A DNA stretch of 64,000 nucleotides from Octopus sinensis (lineage: Eukaryota), in the NCBI RefSeq assembly GCF_006345805.1, contig NC_043005.1, forward strand, positions 87,978,001 through 88,042,000, in the 5' to 3' direction. The notes beneath the pieces are model-generated. The model saw only the letters and a program-made list of their open reading frames with translations. It was not told where the DNA came from and searched no databases. The position numbers and the translations under genes were made by a program. Positions 43,244 through 56,010 of the stretch are shown one piece after another. The stretch's first letter is position 1. Each line of letters starts with the position of its first letter.

Positions 43244-43695
43244 TGACTGTCTCAATCGATATAAACGTATCTGTCAAGTCCTACCAAAAACTGAGCAAAT
43301 ATAAATATTTTGAAATAGAAATTAGCAAAATGTGGAACCTGAAGACTAAAACAATACCTGTTGTGATAGGTGCCTTGGGAATGATAGCAAAAGGGGCTGA
43401 TTGCTACCTAGCTCAGGTACCATGAAACCCCAAAATGGCAGAAATTCAAAAGATAATGCTCATGGGAACTGCTCATATCCTACGAAAAATACTTTCGATG
43501 TAATCTCAAATTTTAAAACAAACATAATTTTCTTAGGGTTTCTTAAACATTCTCTAGAACAACACTATGTACAAAACCAAATATCTGGCACCCTAGGCAT
43601 AATAACAATATGAACTTGCAACTTGTTGTCTGTGGAGGTCTCTGGGTGAGACTTGGTGCCAACTTGTACAAATGTAAAGCAAAAGTAAAACATAA

Positions 43696-43697
<2 letters not shown>
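43243..43697 (+). mobile_element. 5'-truncated R4/Dong-like element (RLE end plus 3' UTR) between (AAT)n tracts
   Basis: KLSKYKYFEIEISKMWNLKTKTIPVVIGALGMI...MGTAHILRK; (AAT)n on both sides. Confidence 0.92.
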
Positions 43698-43742
<45 letters not shown>

Positions 43743-43816
43743 TGATGATGATGATGATGATGATAATAATAATAATAATAATAACAATAATAATAATAAT
43801 AATAATAATAATGATG

Positions 43817-43895
<79 letters not shown>

Positions 43896-43901
43896 TAATA
43901 A

Positions 43902-46900
43902 GATAGGTGGCTGGACGTGTTTTTTCGCTGCTCTTACCTGTCAGCAGCTAACCCAGCAGGACAACTGAAAAAACAACTGTAAAAAACTGGAAGATCTACT
44001 GTTTTCTGTGAGTAATTTGAATTTCCCACAAAATAAGTTAAGGAACTTACATATCTACGGCTTAGGACATACAAACGAACACCTAACAAAAAAATTAGAA
44101 ACATAAATATCTCCAATTTGGTGTGAACATTTTGTCGTCCCTTCTTCCTTGACTATCAGAATATGTAAAATTGCCTTTTATTGTAACAACACAATTAAAT
44201 GCACGATAAAAAATTATGGAAGTAAGCACCTGCTAATATATACATACGGCTGCTATAATGGTACGATTATAATTATAACGGCAATGATGGCCGTCTCCCC
44301 GCGAGCCACTCAGAACTCAAAAATGATAACATTATCGTAGCACCAAAATGTTTTTGGAAACTAAAAGGAAAACTAAATCAGTATACCAAATCGCTTTTCC
44401 TATGGTTAATCTGGAAGCCCGTCCCCCCAGGGAAGAGCCAGCCACGGATCGAAAAGTCATCAACTGGCACAAACTCTTCTCCGAATACGGATATGGATGG
44501 TCACTTGAACGGGAAATTCCCCAACTCGAGCCCTCCACGTTCACCACCACAACCACCACAGAAAGAAAAATGGAAGCGGAACAAATGGACCCGAGAAGAG
44601 TATAAAGAAGTAATATACGCTTATTACTATGCATTAGGTAGGCCATCTCAAGAGAGACACACCGCAAACTCTTACAGTATATGGAGAACACGGAATCAAG
44701 ACAGTAGGCTCTATTTGGACGAGAACAAATTGGCAAATGTGAGGAGGGATATCCTTAGAAATAACAGACCCACAGACAGTGAAATAAGTGCGATCAAGCA
44801 CGCAACGGAAAACGACGCAAATATAAGACACAAAGTAAATGAAGAATCAGATGAACAGAATAGCCCGCCACGAGGCTTAATTGAAAGACTGCCATCTGAC
44901 CAAAGCACGCAAAGGCCTGAAGATACAAGAAATTCTATTGAACCTGTTAAAGACAACCAGGAAAATGATAAAACAACAGTAACTGAAGATATCGCATTTG
45001 CTGAAGAACACAGAGAGTCTATGGCAGAAATGAGACAGAAAATCCTGAATACGCTTGAAGTTGTAAGACATACAAGTATGAATGATAGAGAACCACTTCA
45101 TAAACTCTCAAATACAAACCAAAATAAAAAAACAAATCCAAATTGGCAACTATGTAACAAATGAAATAATACAAGAATTAAAACCTGATCTTACTGAGTT
45201 AAATGAAATTATTTACGCTTCTGCTAGGGCAATTAAAACCAGCTGTATGTCCCCGAAAAAACAAAGAAAACCAAACCTGGGAAGAAATCAAACCTGGAGA
45301 AGTAAAATTGAAAAAGAGATTGAATTTATGAGAGGGGAAATATCAATATTAAATGAACTAATATGTGGAAATGATGTAAGATCCAGAACAGGAAGAAAGA
45401 TGAAGAAAAAATTTGGATCCTCACCAAGAGAAGAACTGATATCAATAAAAGAAACGCTGAAACAAAAAGTCCAAGCAAAAGCTCAAAGAATACGAAGATT
45501 TGAGAAGAGAAACAAGTTTTACAAGCAAAATAAGCTGTTCACATCCAATGCCAAAAAATTCTACAGAGAAATAGGGAGGGAAAAAGTAACCGTTAAAGAC
45601 CCCCCTCCCATGGAAGAAGTTAAAAACTTTTGGAAAAGGATTTGGAGTGACGAGTAGACGTACAACATAAATGCAGACTGGATTATACAAACAGAAGGAT
45701 CCTACCAAAATTTACAACAACAAGCATGGGAAGACATCACAATAGCAGACCTAAGAAAGGCACTCACGAAGGCCCATAATTGGAAATTCCCCGGTAAAGA
45801 TAAGGTGCCGAGTTTCTGGCTCGCATCGCTCCCATGTGCACACGGTAAGCTAGTTCAGCCGCTCAATGGAATTGTGAGAGACCCAAAGAAAACACCTGAA
45901 TGGTTAGCAAGTGGTATTACTTACCTACTCCCAAAGAATAACGAAACCAAACTTCCAAAAAAACTATCGGCCTATAACCTGTTTATCCACCACGTATAAA
46001 ATCCTAACATCTATCCTGGCGGAGAAAACATATGCATTCATGGAGAAGAACGATATTTTCCCCATTGAACAAAAAGGGTGCCGCCGTGGCTCATACGGAT
46101 GCAAAGATCAACTGCTAATTAATCGTATGATCCTTGAGAACTGTCACAACAAGCGCAGAAATCTCAGCTCCGCATCGATTGACTAAAATAAGGCCTTCGA
46201 CAGTGTACCGCATTCATGGATCTTGAAATCGCTGGACATCTTCAAAATTTCCCCTGTGATTTCAAACTTCCTGAAGTTCAATATGTCGTTTTGGAATACC
46301 ACTCTAATCGAGTACCTGCCTTAGAGAATATAAACATCAACTGTGGCATTTTTCAAGGTGACTCACTTTAACCTCTAATATTCTGCATAGCCCTAATACC
46401 CCTTACAAGTGAATTAAACAGAACAGGGTATGGGTATAAAATGGTCAATAAAAAAATAAGCCATCTATTTTATATGGATGACTTAAAACTCTATGGTAAA
46501 GACGATAATAAACTTGAATGCCTATTGCGCACTGTGAAAGCATTCAGTGATGACATCGGGATGGAGTTTGGGCTTGAGAAGTGTGCCAAGGCCACTTTCC
46601 AGAAAGGAAAAGTGAAGACCACAAATTCAGTCGCGTTAGATGTTGACACAGTCATAAGAGAGCTTGAGCAAGAACAAACATACAAATATTTAGGGATAAA
46701 TGAAGGCTCTGGTGTTCAGCATGTAAGCATGAAAGAGAAGATCAGGAAGGAATGTTATAGGAGAGTACGAGCAGTCCTGAAATCTGAACTAAATGCACGT
46801 AACAAGGTGTTAGCTATAAATTCCTTAGCAGTTTCAGCTGTTAGTTATAGCTACAACGTGTTGAACTGGAATATGAGTGAAGTAAAGAATATAGATAGGA

Positions 46901-48200
46901 AAATACGCAAGCTGCTGAGTTGTAATAGGATGCACCACCCAAAGGCAGACGTAGATCGCCTTTAACTCCCCAGAGCCTTAGGAGGTTGAGGCCTGATCCA
47001 ATTTGAACTAGCTTACAAAACAATCACAATTGGACTGGCCAAATATCTTGAAATAACGAATGACTGGATGCTAAAGCTCGTAGAAAATCACGAGAGACGA
47101 AAGACGCTTCATTCTATCATAAAGGAAAGCAAAAAAATTGCTATTGATCTCGTGCAGGATACCCAAACTGAACAACCCGAGGGAAGTACGGCAACTATTG
47201 TTGCAAAGAAAGTGAAAAAAATGGCAACGAAAAAAGCGCACGAGCAATTGGCCGATAGGTGGGAGGAGAAACCTCTGCACGGCAAATATGTTGCCCGTAG
47301 CAAACAAGCTGATGTTGACCAGAAGCAAACCCATCAGTGGCTACGGAACTCAGGGCTAAAAGCAGAGTGCGAAGGTTTCATCCTGGCTGCTCAAGATCAA
47401 AGCCTATTAACCCGGAACTACCAGGCCAATTGATGAAAAATGAGCAGACCCAAAATGCCGATTCTGCAACGACATGATTGAACAGTGGACCACCTAATCT
47501 CTGGATGTAAAGTCTTCGCACCAGTGGAGTAAAATTAAGACATGACAGAGTTGGCCAATATCTACACTGGCTAATAAGTCGGCATTACAATATCAAAACT
47601 GCCGACAAGTGGTATAATCACCACCCTGAAGCTGTCACTGAAGGAGAAAATGTAACGATTCTGTGGACTTTCCAGTACATACAGACGAACCATCAAAGCA
47701 ATAAATCGGATATTGTTGTGAAAGACAAAACAATAAAGTTTGCTTATTGATCGACATGAGCATCCCCTGTAATCATAATATCTCAGCGAAAGAATTTGAC
47801 AAGCTCAGAAAATATAAAGACCTACTCATTGAAATTGAGAAAATGTGGCATCTCAAGGCGGTTACAATACCAGTGATCGTAGGAGCACTAGAAATGATCA
47901 AGAAGGGAACCGAAAATTATATGAGAATGATCCCTGGCTTACCATCCCTGCAAGAATTGCAAAAGATTGTCTTAAATGGTACATCACACGTATTGAGAAG
48001 AGCATTGTCGATGTGAGAACTATTACTACCTATGTATTTTAATTTAACTTTATTTCTATCATTAAAAAAAATGAACGAACTAGTGAGTTTAGTTTAATGG
48101 CCTACCAACGTATACTATGAGTTTCTTTGCCCTAGGAGTCGGGAAGACACACGGCAAGAAATGGAAGCAAATTTGAAAGAAGAAAAACCCATAAATAAAT
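43902..48200 (+). mobile_element. Near full-length R4/Dong-like retrotransposon (copy B, divergent from A); ORF disrupted
   Basis: ~440-bp 5' leader, KWTREEY, RT motifs (QKGCRRGSYGCKDQL, GIFQGD, FYMDDLKLY), CCHC knuckle CRFC..VDHLISGC, RHDRV, RLE IDMSIP..KYKDL, 3' UTR; (AAT)n on both sides. Confidence 0.95.
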
Positions 48201-48220
48201 ATAATAATAATAATAATAAT

Positions 48221-48251
<31 letters not shown>

Positions 48252-48273
48252 CAACAACAACAACAACAACAAC

Positions 48274-48331
<58 letters not shown>

Positions 48332-48728
48332 GGAAGACGGGCATGGTCTTAATTGAGAAAGAAAACAAACTATGCTGCATCATAGATATAGCATACCCAG
48401 CTGACAACAAGGTATCTGATAAGGAAGAAAGAAAAGTCGAGAGATATGACAGGTTAGCTTGGGAAGTTAAGCAGTTGTGGTCGATGAAAAAGGTAGCAGT
48501 AGTACCAATAATTGTCGGATCCCTGGGAGCAGTGAGCAAAAATCTCGAGAAGTACGTGGAACAAATAGGGGGTGCAATAAGAGTGGAGCACTTGCAGAAA
48601 ACAGCACAGATTGGAACCGCTCGAATACTCCGGAAGGTGCTCGAAAAATAAGAGGTGTTGCCTTAGTTCACTGGTAGTGGACAGCTGACACTGTAATACA
48701 TCTCCAGCGTTAGAAGCTGTACAAAAGC
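48332..48728 (+). mobile_element. 5'-truncated R4/Dong-like element ending in (GAA)n
   Basis: IIDIAYPADNKVSDKEERKVERYDRLAWEVKQLW...PIIVGSLG...GTARILRKVL, short 3' UTR, then (GAA)n at ~48728-48848. Confidence 0.92.
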
Positions 48729-48849
48729 AAGAAGAAGAAGAAGAAGAAGAAGAAGAAGAAGAAGAAGAAGAAGAAGAAGAAGAAGAAGAAGAAAGAAGAA
48801 GAAGAAGAAAAAGAAGAAGAAGAAGAAAAAGAAGAAGAAGAAGAAGAAT

Positions 48850-49095
48850 GTCAATGAAATTCTGAAATACATCACAACAAACATAATCACGGAAACAAAT
48901 AATTTGATCAATGCAGCAAGTATTGTTGTAGCAGAAAACGTGGGTTTTGATGTCAAGAAAAAGAAACGTAATGGGAGTGACAAAAGAAAAGATCCATGGT
49001 GGAGAAGAAGAATCCAGGCACAGTTAGATTTGCTCTCGAAGGAAATCTCTGTGTTGGAGCGAAAAGAGAAAGGGGAGCTTAACAAGCGGATCAAT
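48850..49095 (+). pseudogene. R4/Dong-like N-terminal fragment
   Basis: ITETNNLINAASIVVAE..PWWRRRIQAQLDLLSKEISVLE parallels the pre-RT region of copies A and B (ELNEIIYASA..TWRSKIEKEI). Confidence 0.75.
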
Positions 49096-49569
49096 TAATT
49101 ATGATTTTATTCAACATATTCCTCTCTCAGAAACAACAGAAGCAGTGCATTAGTTTTGTATAAATTAAAAAACAGAGAAATGAATTGTTTGATGTATCTT
49201 TGGGTAGATATGGTAGTGTAGAGACATCAGATTTGGTTGACTCATAAAAGATGATAGATTATTCTATCCCATAACAAAAACAGGAATGGTATGGACAAAA
49301 CTTTGAAAGAATTTTATCTAAAATGCAGGTAAAATACAAACATAAAGATAATAAATTTCAGAGCAACCCAAACCAAAAGATGCTAAATTGAAATAAACCT
49401 GCTTAGTTTGAATTTATACTTAAATATTACAAGTATACTACATTTATCAATACGTACTCTCGTACCTCACACATGTAAAATTTTCAACCAAAAGTCTGCT
49501 AAGGTCAGTTATAGTTACACGCACACACACGTTTATATGCTTATGTGTGCGTAAGTGTGCGTGTCAGCG

Positions 49570-49601
<32 letters not shown>

Positions 49602-50266
49602 GTTTCCGTGTTTGTTTTATGTCCGCTAATGTTTCAAGTTAGCGCTCTTTTAAGTCAGAACAATGTAACTATATGATTCGATAGAGATCGAGTATATAAG
49701 CACAAGATTACGTTTTATATGAAACGTGTGCTGAGGTCGACACGATCGTTAGCAGGGCGCGAGCATTGTCACAATCCAATAACTAGAACGGTTAAAAAAT
49801 TCCAAGGAGAGAATATTTGTTTCCATATCTTTACACACGTAGTGAGATTATTCTCTCAGTTCAATGGAACATTTATTCATAATATTTATGATGGTGTTTA
49901 TAATAGAAGACGAGTTGTTTGATATAAGCTGCGTATAAGAGGCGTACAGTCATGCTATGTTGGGCGAGAGCTGCGCACGAATGTACGATTGTGATATTTC
50001 TTATAATATGTTGGCTCTTGCAGATACAATCTGGTCGTAGCACGTTTTCAAATCCAATAATACAGATTGAGGGAAAAGATTAAGCTTGCTAGAATTGTGC
50101 TTTGTCTTGAAATAACCTAGTTTGTATATAGAGATTTCAGTCATAAATTACACCAGTTGGATGGGCTCAGAATAGTAGCAGCACGCCACAAGACATAATG
50201 TGCGGATGTGTGTATGTATGCGTGTATATACGTATTCTCTCTTTTACTTGTTTCAGTACGTGCCTG

Positions 50267-50348
<82 letters not shown>

Positions 50349-50564
50349 TGTGTGTGTAGTTATAAATAAGGGCAAAAAAATCATTTCTATGCCAATATGA
50401 TGAGAATTAGACGTTAAATTGTCAATCACCACATACCATATATATCACTATAAATACTCGGATTTTTTTGTTTTGGTAAATTTATATATATAATATATAT
50501 ATATGTGTGTATAATATATATAATATATATATATATATATATAATATACATAATATATACATAT

Positions 50565-50644
<80 letters not shown>

Positions 50645-50756
50645 TATATATAGATATAATAACGAAGGGTAAAATTAATTATTAAGAAGTAATCAATAAT
50701 TTCACCAAGTAGAATTCGGCATGAGAAAAGGACCTTTTCATGGTAAACTTAAGTAA

Positions 50757-50997
50757 TACTAAATAATTAGGGTTCAGCAAAGATTTGCTTTACCACATAC
50801 GAAGTTTAGAAATACCAGCCAAAAACGTTAGCTATTTCTTCTACTTTAAAAAGCTCCCAGAAAATTGTTTTCAAGTATTTTGGTTTTTCTGGGAGTCCCT
50901 TTTTAAAGTAGAAGAAATAGCTAACGTTTTTTGGCTGCTATTTCTAAACTTCGGTATGTGGTAAAGCAAATCTTTGCTGAACCCTAATTATTTAGTA
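50757..50997. repeat. Inverted repeat, arms 50757-50864 and 50885-50997
   Basis: ~108-bp near-perfect complementary arms with a 20-nt spacer, inside (TA)n. Confidence 0.92.
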
Positions 50998-51011
50998 CAT
51001 ATATTTATATA

Positions 51012-51287
51012 TATATAACTAATTTAGAGATGAACCACCATTTCACAACTCAGTCAATGAAGGAACCGTCCAAACCCATGCTGTGAGACATATACCATAC
51101 ATTATATTATCGTATTAAGTTTTGTTTAATTTATACTTTATTTGATTTTAGATTAATATTTTTATGATGAATGTTTTCTTTGTATGATACCCGATTTTCT
51201 ATCGTATATGTCTCACAACATGGATTTGGACGGGTCCTTCATTGACAGAATTGTGAAATGGTGGTTCATTACTAAATTAGTTATATA
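51012..51287. repeat. Inverted repeat, arms 51012-51095 and 51204-51287
   Basis: 84-bp arms with several mismatches and an AT-rich spacer. Confidence 0.9.
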
Positions 51288-51378
51288 CATATATTATATA
51301 TTATATATTACGAATTTCGGTATAATATTATTATACTGAATTTTACCTGTAAGGTTGGAATAATAATTTATTCCCTAA

Positions 51379-51441
<63 letters not shown>

Positions 51442-51913
51442 CTTTATTATTATTATTTGAATTTTACTCATAAGGTATTGGAGACAGGCAAAAATCTCCT
51501 TATCCTCTTGGAGATTTTAGGTAAAATTATATTAATGTGTCCTTGTAATTTAATTAAATTCTATGATTTTGTGCAGCTGAAGATTGGTCTACATTTTAAA
51601 TTGATGTAATGAAATTATTGCATTGTTCAGTTAAATGGAGGCGCATGAAACGATTGTACTGCATTACCTCTGGATATCCTTGTTGCTTATTTTGATTTTA
51701 ATCACATTAATTTGAAATTGTATGGATAATACCGTACTAAATTCTGGTGCCTCAACTTAAGTACCATATTATATATATTTATATTATATATATATATATA
51801 TATTGTGTGTTGTGTGTGTGTGATATATATATATATGTATATATATAATATATATAATATATATATATATATATATAATATAATATAATATGTATGTCTA
51901 TATATATATATAG

Positions 51914-51947
<34 letters not shown>

Positions 51948-51968
51948 AATATATATATATGTATAATA

Positions 51969-52000
<32 letters not shown>

Positions 52001-52134
52001 GTATAATATATATATTATATTATATATATATATATATATAATATATATATATATTATAATGTGTGTGGGTGTATATATATATATATGTATATTATATATA
52101 TATATTATATATTATATATATATATATATATATG

Positions 52135-52183
<49 letters not shown>

Positions 52184-52191
52184 CATATATG

Positions 52192-52490
52192 TATATATCA
52201 TCTATTGCATCTCCTGCTCTCTCTCTGGCCATTCCCTGTACATCGGACAAACGGGACGCCGCTTGGCTGACCGGTTCGTGGAACACCTCCGAGATATCCG
52301 CCTGGCCAATGACACACCGGTCTCACGCTATTTCCACTCCACCGGTCACTCCTTGGAACACCTATCTGTGTTCGGATTGTCCTTGCACAGAGGCCATCCG
52401 GATTCCCGTTTGCGCCGTGAACTGGGATTAATCTTCTCTCTTCGCTCTTTTACGCCATTTGGTCTTAACTTTCCCCCCCTTTTCATCTAA
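52192..52490 (+). pseudogene. Penelope-like GIY-YIG endonuclease C-terminal fragment (open frame to stop)
   Basis: [33 protein letters not shown]...[12 protein letters not shown]: YC...YIG motifs with the conserved R, H, E and N residues of PLE GIY-YIG. Confidence 0.9.
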
Positions 52491-52945
52491 CCTCCCCCCG
52501 ACTCCTACTTCTCTTCAGTCCTTCATCTTTTCACCCCTACTCTCTTTCCCTCCTCTTCCCTTCTTCCCTCTTCTTTCTTCTTCCCTCTTCCCCCTCTCTC
52601 TTTCTCTCTGCTCCCTCACTCCCATTCTCTTCCCCCTCCTTCCCCTCCTTCTCCCCTCCTTTCTCCTCCCCTTCCCCTTCCTTCTCCTCCTCTCCTTCCT
52701 TCTCCTCTCCCTCCTCCTTCTCCCCTCCCCCCCTCATCTCTCCTCTCCCCCTTCCTCCCCCTCATCTCCTCTCTCCCCCACACCATACTACACTACACCA
52801 TACGACATTACACATCACATCATACATACATACACACGTCTAGACCACCAGCCCTCTTCCACATGCACATACTGAAATCAGAACGCCATGTTGGATCGTT
52901 AGCCCCTACACGCAATTTTTTCTCTCCTTGTTTCTTCTCTGTGTA

Positions 52946-52983
52946 TCTTTCTGTCGAAGAGCGTAGGCTCGAAACGTAAAAGA
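52946..52983 (+). ncRNA. Minimal hammerhead variant (core CUGUCGA) in the pLTR downstream of the GIY-YIG fragment (pLTR ~52865-53110)
   Basis: UCUUU-CUGUCGA-A-GAGC-guag-GCUC-GAAAC-GUA/AAAGA; stem III is a loopless ACGU palindrome. Confidence 0.7.
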
Positions 52984-53289
52984 CTTGTTTTATTTCTATT
53001 CCTGAACGCCATACTAATACATTGTTTGTACTCCACCTGCCTTCGCCTTTTATTTATCTTCGTAAACCTGCCTTCGTCTTTAGTTTATTTTCGTAAACCT
53101 TCCCTTATATATACAAATATATATACAATATATATAATATATTATATATTATATATATATAATATTATATATATATATATATTATATATATATATTATAT
53201 AATATATATATATATATACATATTATATATTATACATATATTTACATATATATATATACATATATATATATATGCTGTTTTACACTTTT

Positions 53290-53498
53290 ATTGTTTCAGT
53301 CATGTGACAGCGGTCATGCTGGAGCCCCGCCTTTAGTCGAACAAATCGACCTCAGGACTTATTCTTTGTAAGCTTAGTACTTATTGTATCGGTGTCTTTT
53401 GCCGTTGGTGTGTTTACGGGGACGTAAACACACCAACATCGGTGGTCAGACACACAAACAGTCACACACTCACACACACACACACAAACACACACACC

Positions 53499-53536
<38 letters not shown>

Positions 53537-53660
53537 ATATATATATACGACGGGCTTCTTTCAGTTTCCGTCTACCAAATCCACTGACAAGGCTTTGGTT
53601 GGCCCGAGGCTATAGCAGAAGACACTTGCCCAAGGTGCCACTCAGTAGAACAGAACCCGG
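53290..53660 (-). mobile_element. SINE family b
   Basis: Tail gtttcagtcatgtgacagcggtcatgctggagc through to head gacacttgcccaaggtgcca. Confidence 0.9.
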
Positions 53661-53901
53661 ACTATACACATCTATTTACTTATGTATACATCTACATATC
53701 ACATAGATTATGATGATAATAAGGAGGATGATAATGATCATCAGGACCGTCAGACCGAGACTTTGAAATCAGTCACCCCAGTCCTAGTAAAAGTACAATT
53801 AACATGTAGTCAGCAAAAAGTATTGACTAATCCTTCAGCTTAATGTGAAATTTTAATTATAACTCCAAATAAAAGGAAGCACTAAACATATCTGTATGTA
53901 C

Positions 53902-53932
<31 letters not shown>

Positions 53933-54049
53933 TGCATATATGGTGTAAAATTAAGATAGTTTCTAGTGAATGTATATATTGACCGCCATGATTGACCGCT
54001 AACTTCAAAAGTTTTTTATTCTCTCGCTCTCTGTTTATTTCAAGTGCTC

Positions 54050-54085
54050 CTTTCTGTTGAAGAGCGTAGGCTCGAAACGTAAAAG
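54050..54085 (+). ncRNA. Second minimal hammerhead variant (core CUGUUGA) in a solo pLTR (~53960-54175)
   Basis: CUUU-CUGUUGA-A-GAGC-guag-GCUC-GAAAC-GUA/AAAG; stem II and III identical to 52946-52983. Confidence 0.7.
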
Positions 54086-54654
54086 TCTTTCTCACCTTCC
54101 CGAGCGTCAAACTATTACACCTGCTTGTTCTTTATACACCTGTCTTCGTCTCTTGTTTTTCTGTAAATTTCAACTATACATACATACATATATATCTATA
54201 TTATATATATATATATAGATATATATATAATATATATATTATATTATATATATTATATATATATATATATATATTATATAGTATATATTTTAAATATTGT
54301 TTGTATTGTAGGTAAGTAGGTGAGCGTTCTACACCCACCCCGCCCCCAAAGACAATGGTAAATCTTTCTGATAATAATTCTGTTTCTTTTCTTGCAATAT
54401 CATCATATAATCTGATTGTAATTCGTTTTCGAATCTGATAAGAGACAACGACAAGGGGAGATTAAATCAAGATGAAGACGTATTACAGAAAGAAATAATA
54501 CCTTCCGGTTTGTATGTACGTTTAGACTTATAGGAGACGCGTAAGCTCAGTATGAAAGCACACACGTGTAACAACACCAATCTTACAACATTGTCAATAA
54601 CTAGACACCCTTTTCCTCGTTCTCCTCCCCAACCAAAGAATATTTCAACCAACA

Positions 54655-54860
54655 TTGTGGAGGCGGGCAGAATCATTACCGCTCCGGGGCAAAATACTTA
54701 GCGGTAATTCTTCCGGTTTTACGTTCTAAGTTCAAATTCTGCTATTCTCCTAAGGTCGACTTTGCCTTTCATCCTTTCGGGGTCGATGAAATAAGTACTT
54801 ACTACTGGGGTCGATGTACTCGACTTCTCCTACTGCTCAGAATTACTGGCCTTGTGCTAA
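54655..54860 (+). mobile_element. SINE family a
   Basis: gtcgactttgcctttcatcctttcggggtcgatgaaataagtac. Confidence 0.88.
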
Positions 54861-54879
54861 AATTTTAAACATATACATG

Positions 54880-55995
54880 TATGATGGCCATCCACTCGTG
54901 ACCGAGGAAGACCATTGCCGACCTTCAGGAACATTGTGCGCTCTAAGACTAACTTATATTTTGCATTTGCGGCTCCGTTGGTGGCTAATGAGCCCTGCTT
55001 TTGACAAGCATACACAACTGCAAACATTGCAGACCAAGCTTTCCCCATTCACTACACCAGCAGTGCGCTTTCAAGCAGAACGCTTAAGTTCTTCATGCTG
55101 AATACGTGCTCTCTCAAAGGTGTCGACCCTCTCCTTAACCTGCTTCCTCCATCTGTGGTGATGACAGGCATTGATTTCCCAGTCAGTCTCCTGCATACCA
55201 CAGGCTTTTAATGAAGACTTGACACAGTCCTTAAATCGCAGCCTTGGTTTCTGCTGGGGTCTCTTTCCATTCGCAAGTTCCCCCATATAGCATCTGTTTA
55301 GGGATCCTGCTATCCTTCATTCTAATAAGGTGTCCAAGCCAACTTAACCGGTGCTTGTGCACCATCACCTCAATACTCGAGATATTAGCTTTCCTCAGGA
55401 CCTGTGTGTCTGGAGTTTTTAAGGTCCAGCCAACGTTCAGAATGTGTCTTAGACATCTCTGATGAAAGCGTTCAAGGACCCTTACATGACGTAAATGGTC
55501 CATGTCTCACATGAGTAAAGGATTGATGTCAGCATACATGCACGGTACACAGCAATTTTTGCTTGTTTTGTGATGCCAAGCTGGGACCAGACACAAGACT
55601 GAAGAGACCGGAAGGAATCAGTTGCTCTCTGCAGCCTGAAATATATTTCATCATCCAGGGAGCAAGAACGACTGAGTGTGCTGCCCAGGTAGACAAACTT
55701 GTCTACCACTTTCATAATTGTTCCTTCAACCAAGATAGCTGGTTCTACATATGGATTTCCTGGTGCAGGTTGGAACATTACAACAGTCTTTCCAGGAAAA
55801 TGCTGAGTCCAAATGCATTGCAAGAAGCAGAAATACGATTCATAAATATCTGCATGTCATGAGTGACTAAGTCACATTCATCTGCATAAAGGAGGTCACG
55901 AATAAGAGACTGGAAAACTTTTGAATTGGCAGCAAATCGGTGCAGATTAAAGAGGCGGCCAGAAGATCGATATCTGACATATATTCTCAGAGAGC
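54880..55995 (-). mobile_element. 5'-truncated RTE (BovB-like) LINE: RT C-terminal half, C2H2-like finger and 3' end
   Basis: LFNLHRF..IRDLLYADEC, FVYLGSTLS, ILYSCETW, FHQRCLRHIL, WLGHLIRM, KDCVK and C..C...C.SKAGLISHQR; frameshifted. Confidence 0.93.
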
Positions 55996-56010
55996 TAACC
56001 TAGAACTTGG

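Noticed and set aside
49720-49800. Minus-strand DNARAL resembling mariner HDNARPH
   Set aside because: Isolated weak match with no other DDD motifs or TIRs.
51040-51090. tcaatgaaggaaccgtccaaac in the second foldback as a hammerhead
   Set aside because: Multiple core changes in both arms, a missing G of GAAA and a non-cleavable GUG.
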